DNA of 63,323 nt, filler included, from Rhabdomonas costata (taxonomy: Eukaryota), in assembly GCA_019059605.1 (NCBI GenBank). It is 41 parts of 41 records of this genome, joined end to end, with 100 filler letters (N's around TTAATTAATTAA, not from the genome) between each part and the next. Parts side by side here need not be neighbours in the genome. Positions count along the whole stretch, not along the records: positions 58,773 to 60,231 come from JAHMHO010015741.1; positions 60,332 to 61,777 come from JAHMHO010015742.1; positions 61,878 to 63,323 come from JAHMHO010015743.1; 38 more parts are not named here. One strand, written 5' to 3'. Of this stretch, positions 58,831 to 63,323 are shown one piece after another (the stretch's first letter is position 1; every line of letters starts with the position of its first letter). A program made the translations under genes and the position numbers. The notes beneath the pieces were generated by a model. It was not told the origin of the DNA. It saw only the letters and a list, made by a program, of their open reading frames with translations, and searched no databases.

Positions 58831-61190
58831 AGGGGATTCCCCTGGGGACCAGGTGCAAAAGCCCTATTCGCCCCCCTATTTGTCCTATTCGGTTTGCTAG
58901 CTTCGGAGGAAGGAATGACAGGACCAGATTTCCATGTGCTAATCTGTCCCCTTTTCGAAGCTAGCCGCGCCCAGATATTTGTCTCTCTATTTATCATTTG
59001 AGGGAAGCGGAAATGAGCAAATGTGAGCTCGATGCTAAACAGTCCCAGGTGTTGACCCAGGTTTTTTGGATCCATTTTTCGAGAACTCTTTTCTTTATAA
59101 AATTTTTGGTTGTTCTGCTGTTGCAGGAGAGTTTGATGAGGAAGAGGAGGCCGAGCAGTAAATCCCGCTGCGCCCACTCTTTCTTTCCATCTGCCCCCTC
59201 GCGCTGCTTTGTTTCTGTTTGTTTTCTCTCTCTCTCTCATTCGCTGATCTCTTTGTTCTTTCAGAAGCCATGGTGCATGTTCTGAAACAAAACACAACAA
59301 AACCTCTCTAGAAAGTCGCGACAGGGTTCCCGCCCCTGGGATCTCGACCGCCCGTTCTCTCAGAAAGCGCCTTCTCTTTTGTTCCTGTATTGAACCACTG
59401 GTGGTATCCCTGATGGAAGTATGGGTTGGTTCCGTTGCAGGGTTTTTGGATTGCAACTGGGATTGCACCGTAATACACGCAGCTGAATTTTTCTGGTTTT
59501 TCCGCCGCGACCGTCGTTTTTCTCGCCAGATTGATGCGCCGTCCCTGAAACCAATTTGCGGTGTTACCGTTTCGAACTCTCCAGCAACAAGCTGAGGGGC
59601 CAACATGATAAAAAGAACTACTGGCTTGCGCTTCTGTTCTTGGCTTCTTTACTTCGTAGCCCGTCCCTTCTCCAGAAACATGAGGGCATATCTTGCATTT
59701 CTTTCCCCCTTCTTGTTTTTGATCGGGCGTTTGCCCGTTGCCTGCCATGTAATTTTAATTCAGGGTTTTAATTTTTAGTTCAGCGTTTCGTTTTCCCCGC
59801 TTCCGTTTTCTCCCCGCACCATGATCATGTCATATCGCTGGACCCAGCCTTGTCTTTTTTACGCGCCGTATGTTTCCAGGAAGGCGCCCAAAATGGCCTA
59901 GCTAGCCTTTTTGTGGTTTTTGGTTCTGTCTCGGGTGTGCGAGCGTTGGTGCCAATGCATGGGTATTCGGGGTTTCGGCCTTCGGGGTTGGTAGAGGCAA
60001 TTTGGATCGAAGGATCATGCGTTTGGGATCGGAACCGCTAAAAAACCCGCGCCGGCCAAACCTTATCCGTAAACGCCCGTGACCCAGCTCTTCCCGAACG
60101 AGCAACACCCGCTTAAAGCGCCGTCGACCCCATTATAAACACCCGCTTAAAGCGAATGAACCCCAAAGACGAACCCCCGACACTGATTCCAACCCCAAAC
60201 CCGGACCACACCAACCCCAACACACCCAACANNNNNNNNNNNNNNNNNNNNNNNNNNNNNNNNNNNNNNNNNNNNTTAATTAATTAANNNNNNNNNNNNN
60301 NNNNNNNNNNNNNNNNNNNNNNNNNNNNNNNGACCTCGAGTCCTCCCCAGAAAAAACTCATCCTTGCCAAGTGCACCAAGTGTGTGCACCCATGCACATT
60401 CGAGATATTCAGACAAAGTCAGGGCCAATGAAGGGTAGGAAACGCTTCGCTGCGCTGGTGCTGCGTTGGACGTGCTGCATGTTCTTCGATAAGTCAGGGC
60501 TCGCCATAACAACAGGTGGGGCACGTTGGCCCGAGTTGTGTTCTTATGCCTTCGATGGGTATCCGACTGCCCAACGTCGTCCTGAGCTCCGCACTCGTCG
60601 CGGCACAGAGCTCTTCTTTCAGGTATTAATGTACGTTTTCCTTCGCCTTGATCTGCCCCCATCCTCCTTTGCACTTCCCCACTGCACTCATGCGCCCTCT
60701 TTATGAGTGAGGTTTCCGCGTGAAATGTCGAAGTGTGTTTCCAGTTGTGTGCTGGGAGGACGTCGGGGCTGTATCGTCGCAAGGGGAGAGAATTTTCATT
60801 TTTTTTTCCTTCTTTTCCTTTAAGGGCGAGAGTTTTCCTTGGATTCGGAATTTTTAGTTTCAGAGTTTGATGTTCTGCACTGCTGCAGGAGGGTCCCCAG
60901 GCTGAGAAAGAAACTCCTAAGACTTCCGTGTTAGTAGGGCGGCAAGGCGTGGGTTTCCATTCCAGCTTCCTCCCCGTTGGCACCGTGGTGTTTCTCTACG
61001 AGCTCTCAACCCAGCCCTTGACCTTTCTCTGGTTGCCGCTGGACATTTATTGGCCTTGATTTTGACTTCAAGCCGACGTTCATTTGATGAGGTCAGAGAG
61101 CGTTGCTCATCTCCCGTAGACAGTGGATTGCGAAGCCATGTATATGTGCTGGGCTTTCCCTCAGAGTCTTATGTGAGCAAGTCGCTGAAA

Positions 61191-61559
61191 ATGTTTCCCA
61201 CCCTATTTTTCGTTACCCTCAGCTTCATCGGTGGCAGTGAGGCCGATGGGGTGCTCTTTGTGGTCCAGGGGCAGGCCGCGGTGATCTTGAACGCCTCCAC
61301 AATGGCCCAGCTGTTTGCCCTCACCCTGCCGTTCGTTCCCACGAGGGCGTGGGTTGGGTCTGCCCCAAGCCAAGGCCATGCTCTGTGGGCACTGTCCTCC
61401 TCGGGCTCTCTGGCCCGTGTGTACGCCAATGCAAGCAGCGCTGCAACCTCCTTCACCACAGCCTCCGCACCCCCCGGAGGGCGGCACAGCCTTTCGGCGC
61501 AAGCCAACCTGATCGACTGGAGTGCCGTGCAGCTGAAGACATTCCCGTTCTTTCTGAAT
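61191..61559 (+). CDS. First exon of a probable secreted protein
   Basis: Signal-peptide-like MFPTLFFVTLSFIGGSEA; CTCAG 26 nt upstream; GTATGT donor. Confidence 0.6.
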
Positions 61560-62619
61560 GTATGTGTGACATTTGTTGCCAGCCCCGGAATACATCATTC
61601 AACCGCGTGATTTGTTGGGTTTCTCGGAAAGACTTTTTCTGCTTCACTCTCTTCCTGGGTGACGTACATTGTTATGCAAGCGTTCTGTTTTCCTGACTTT
61701 CTATCTCATTTGCGCCAGCTGCTGGATTCCCTGACCACCTATGTTGGCTCCGCTTCCTAACCGAATGCACAAACAACNNNNNNNNNNNNNNNNNNNNNNN
61801 NNNNNNNNNNNNNNNNNNNNNTTAATTAATTAANNNNNNNNNNNNNNNNNNNNNNNNNNNNNNNNNNNNNNNNNNNNGTGGGTGTTTGAGTGCCGTTTTT
61901 GTTTTGAACCAGAAAAACACCCCTGCTTCTAAGAATTTACCACATTTTAGCTGACAGTGGTTGCTTTAGGGCAACTGAAGGAAACTATTCATTTTGATGC
62001 GCATCTTTCCTCGGAGTTTGATGTTTGTGTGGAAACTCTCACTTTTGAGATGAAGCGGGCCGTACATTACATCGCGCATCAGTCAAAGTCCTGGCAGTCT
62101 CAGTGCCCCTATCTCCTTTTTCCATGCTTTATGAGTGGGTTGCACCGTAGACTCAGAACCCATGTTTTGACTCTGGCGACGCCAGAGCGAAGGAAAAAGT
62201 GCCTCATGCGCAGATCGAATCCGAGCTTCCAGGACTTCCCAGGACCACACTAAACTCTGAGTTTCGGGATGTATCTCACCCTCAGCGGCAAAGCCGAAGA
62301 AAGGTTATCCACCTGCTGTGGTTGTGTTTTTGTGTGATTCGCCGGCAACCTCTCACCTCATACAAGTTTGTGTGACTGTGAAGGAAATTCATGTAATTTT
62401 CGCACAATATCTTACTCAGCCAATTGTCTTTCTTTTTGCCATTTTTGTCCCAGAATTCGGTTGAAAATCCGGTCTAGTCGGGTCTATGGACCCGCCATCA
62501 CAGCAAGTCAACCAAAGGGTAAAACGCCCCGAGTGCCTCATAAGTTGTGTGCTTGGGTTGGGAACTGACATTAAACCTTCTCCCCCACATCATGGCAAAC
62601 GGAAATGAGGAAGGGATAC

Positions 62620-62749
62620 CACTGCACAGGTTGGCACAGCTGCTGCTGTACGAGAGGTACACGCTCGAGTTCGGCGTGGAGGGCTGGCCATCCCCCGTGA
62701 CGCGCACCAGCCAGCCGGGGCCGTAGCCCGAGTAATTCCGGCACACCAC
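62620..62749 (-). CDS. Exon of a Cys-containing extracellular (IPT/EGF-like) protein
   Basis: CACAG acceptor; VVCRNYSGYGPGWLVRVTGDGQPSTPNSSVYLSYSSSCANLCS; GTATCC donor. Confidence 0.5.
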
Positions 62750-63323
62750 CTGTGCAGGGGATAAGCCGGGAGCACATCGGATACTACAACAGTCGCGAAC
62801 GGTGTGTAGGCACGTGCATTCATCAACATATGCGCGGCAGTTGCTATGGCGCACAAGAAGTGATGGAAGTACTCAAATTGGCTTCCCTGCTCGTCTTGAG
62901 CGTCGGATTCCTCGAGCGTAGACGGGGGCCCACAGGAACGACTGGTGGACAGCCGTATCCCAGATTCTTTTTTAGGGACGCTTGAGAGACAAAACCGTTG
63001 GTCCTATTCTTGGTGTCCTGCGCTGCGGCCTGCCTCCACGAGAACATCAGTTCCCATAACTCAGTAATCCCATGGCTCATACAGACCGAATATACGCATT
63101 TTAGTAAAGTTGCTCGCCAATGAAGGAGATGTCGAGCTTGGAAAAACCCTCACACAAAGAACAAGAAAAAATGAACAAGAAAAGGAGGGGTGAGACACAG
63201 TAGACCGCAACCCCCGAGAAGTCACGAATGTACGCAAAATAATGCGGATAGGGATAGCCTCACACTGACCGATTCTTTCGCCGATCCTTTTTACATTCAA
63301 ACGACGCACAATGAAAAACCAAC

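Noticed and set aside
58725-59606. 293-aa minus-strand ORF
   Set aside because: Runs through a microsatellite into the linker and mirrors a T-rich non-coding plus strand; no domain or codon signal.
1449-61877. Regularly spaced TTAATTAATTAA repeats resembling an array or nanochromosome/telomere structure
   Set aside because: They are embedded in fixed N44 pads and are an artificial six-frame-stop linker.

Overview
This is not a contiguous locus. It is 41 unrelated short contigs (about 1.44-1.46 kb each) joined by 40 artificial 100-nt linkers (N44-TTAATTAATTAA-N44), so nothing can be inferred from adjacency across linkers. The contigs come from an intron-rich eukaryote with canonical GT-AG introns. 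AG acceptors just upstream of start codons and single-hairpin AGA-box RNA candidates suggest a euglenozoan such as a euglenid (inference). Contig ends carry G/T-rich remnants resembling whole-genome-amplification primers, and several end in fold-back copies. Recognisable gene fragments: WD40, LRRC9-like, ABHD17-like, LRR, class 3 lipase, GORAB-like, tandem PepSY-TM, hybrid histidine kinase, LisH, arylsulfotransferase, J-domain, SAM domain, SAM-dependent O-methyltransferase and M16A peptidase. There are also decayed Ty3/Gypsy and Tc1/mariner remnants and a frameshifted USP pseudogene. The most interesting signal is a non-coding tandem repeat of about 725 bp (7740-9189) that reads as a cluster of modification-guide snoRNAs: two clear box C/D RNAs sharing an 11-nt guide offset by one nucleotide, a third degenerate C/D candidate and single-hairpin AGA/ACA candidates. 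All assignments are by eye; no searches or folding programs were run.
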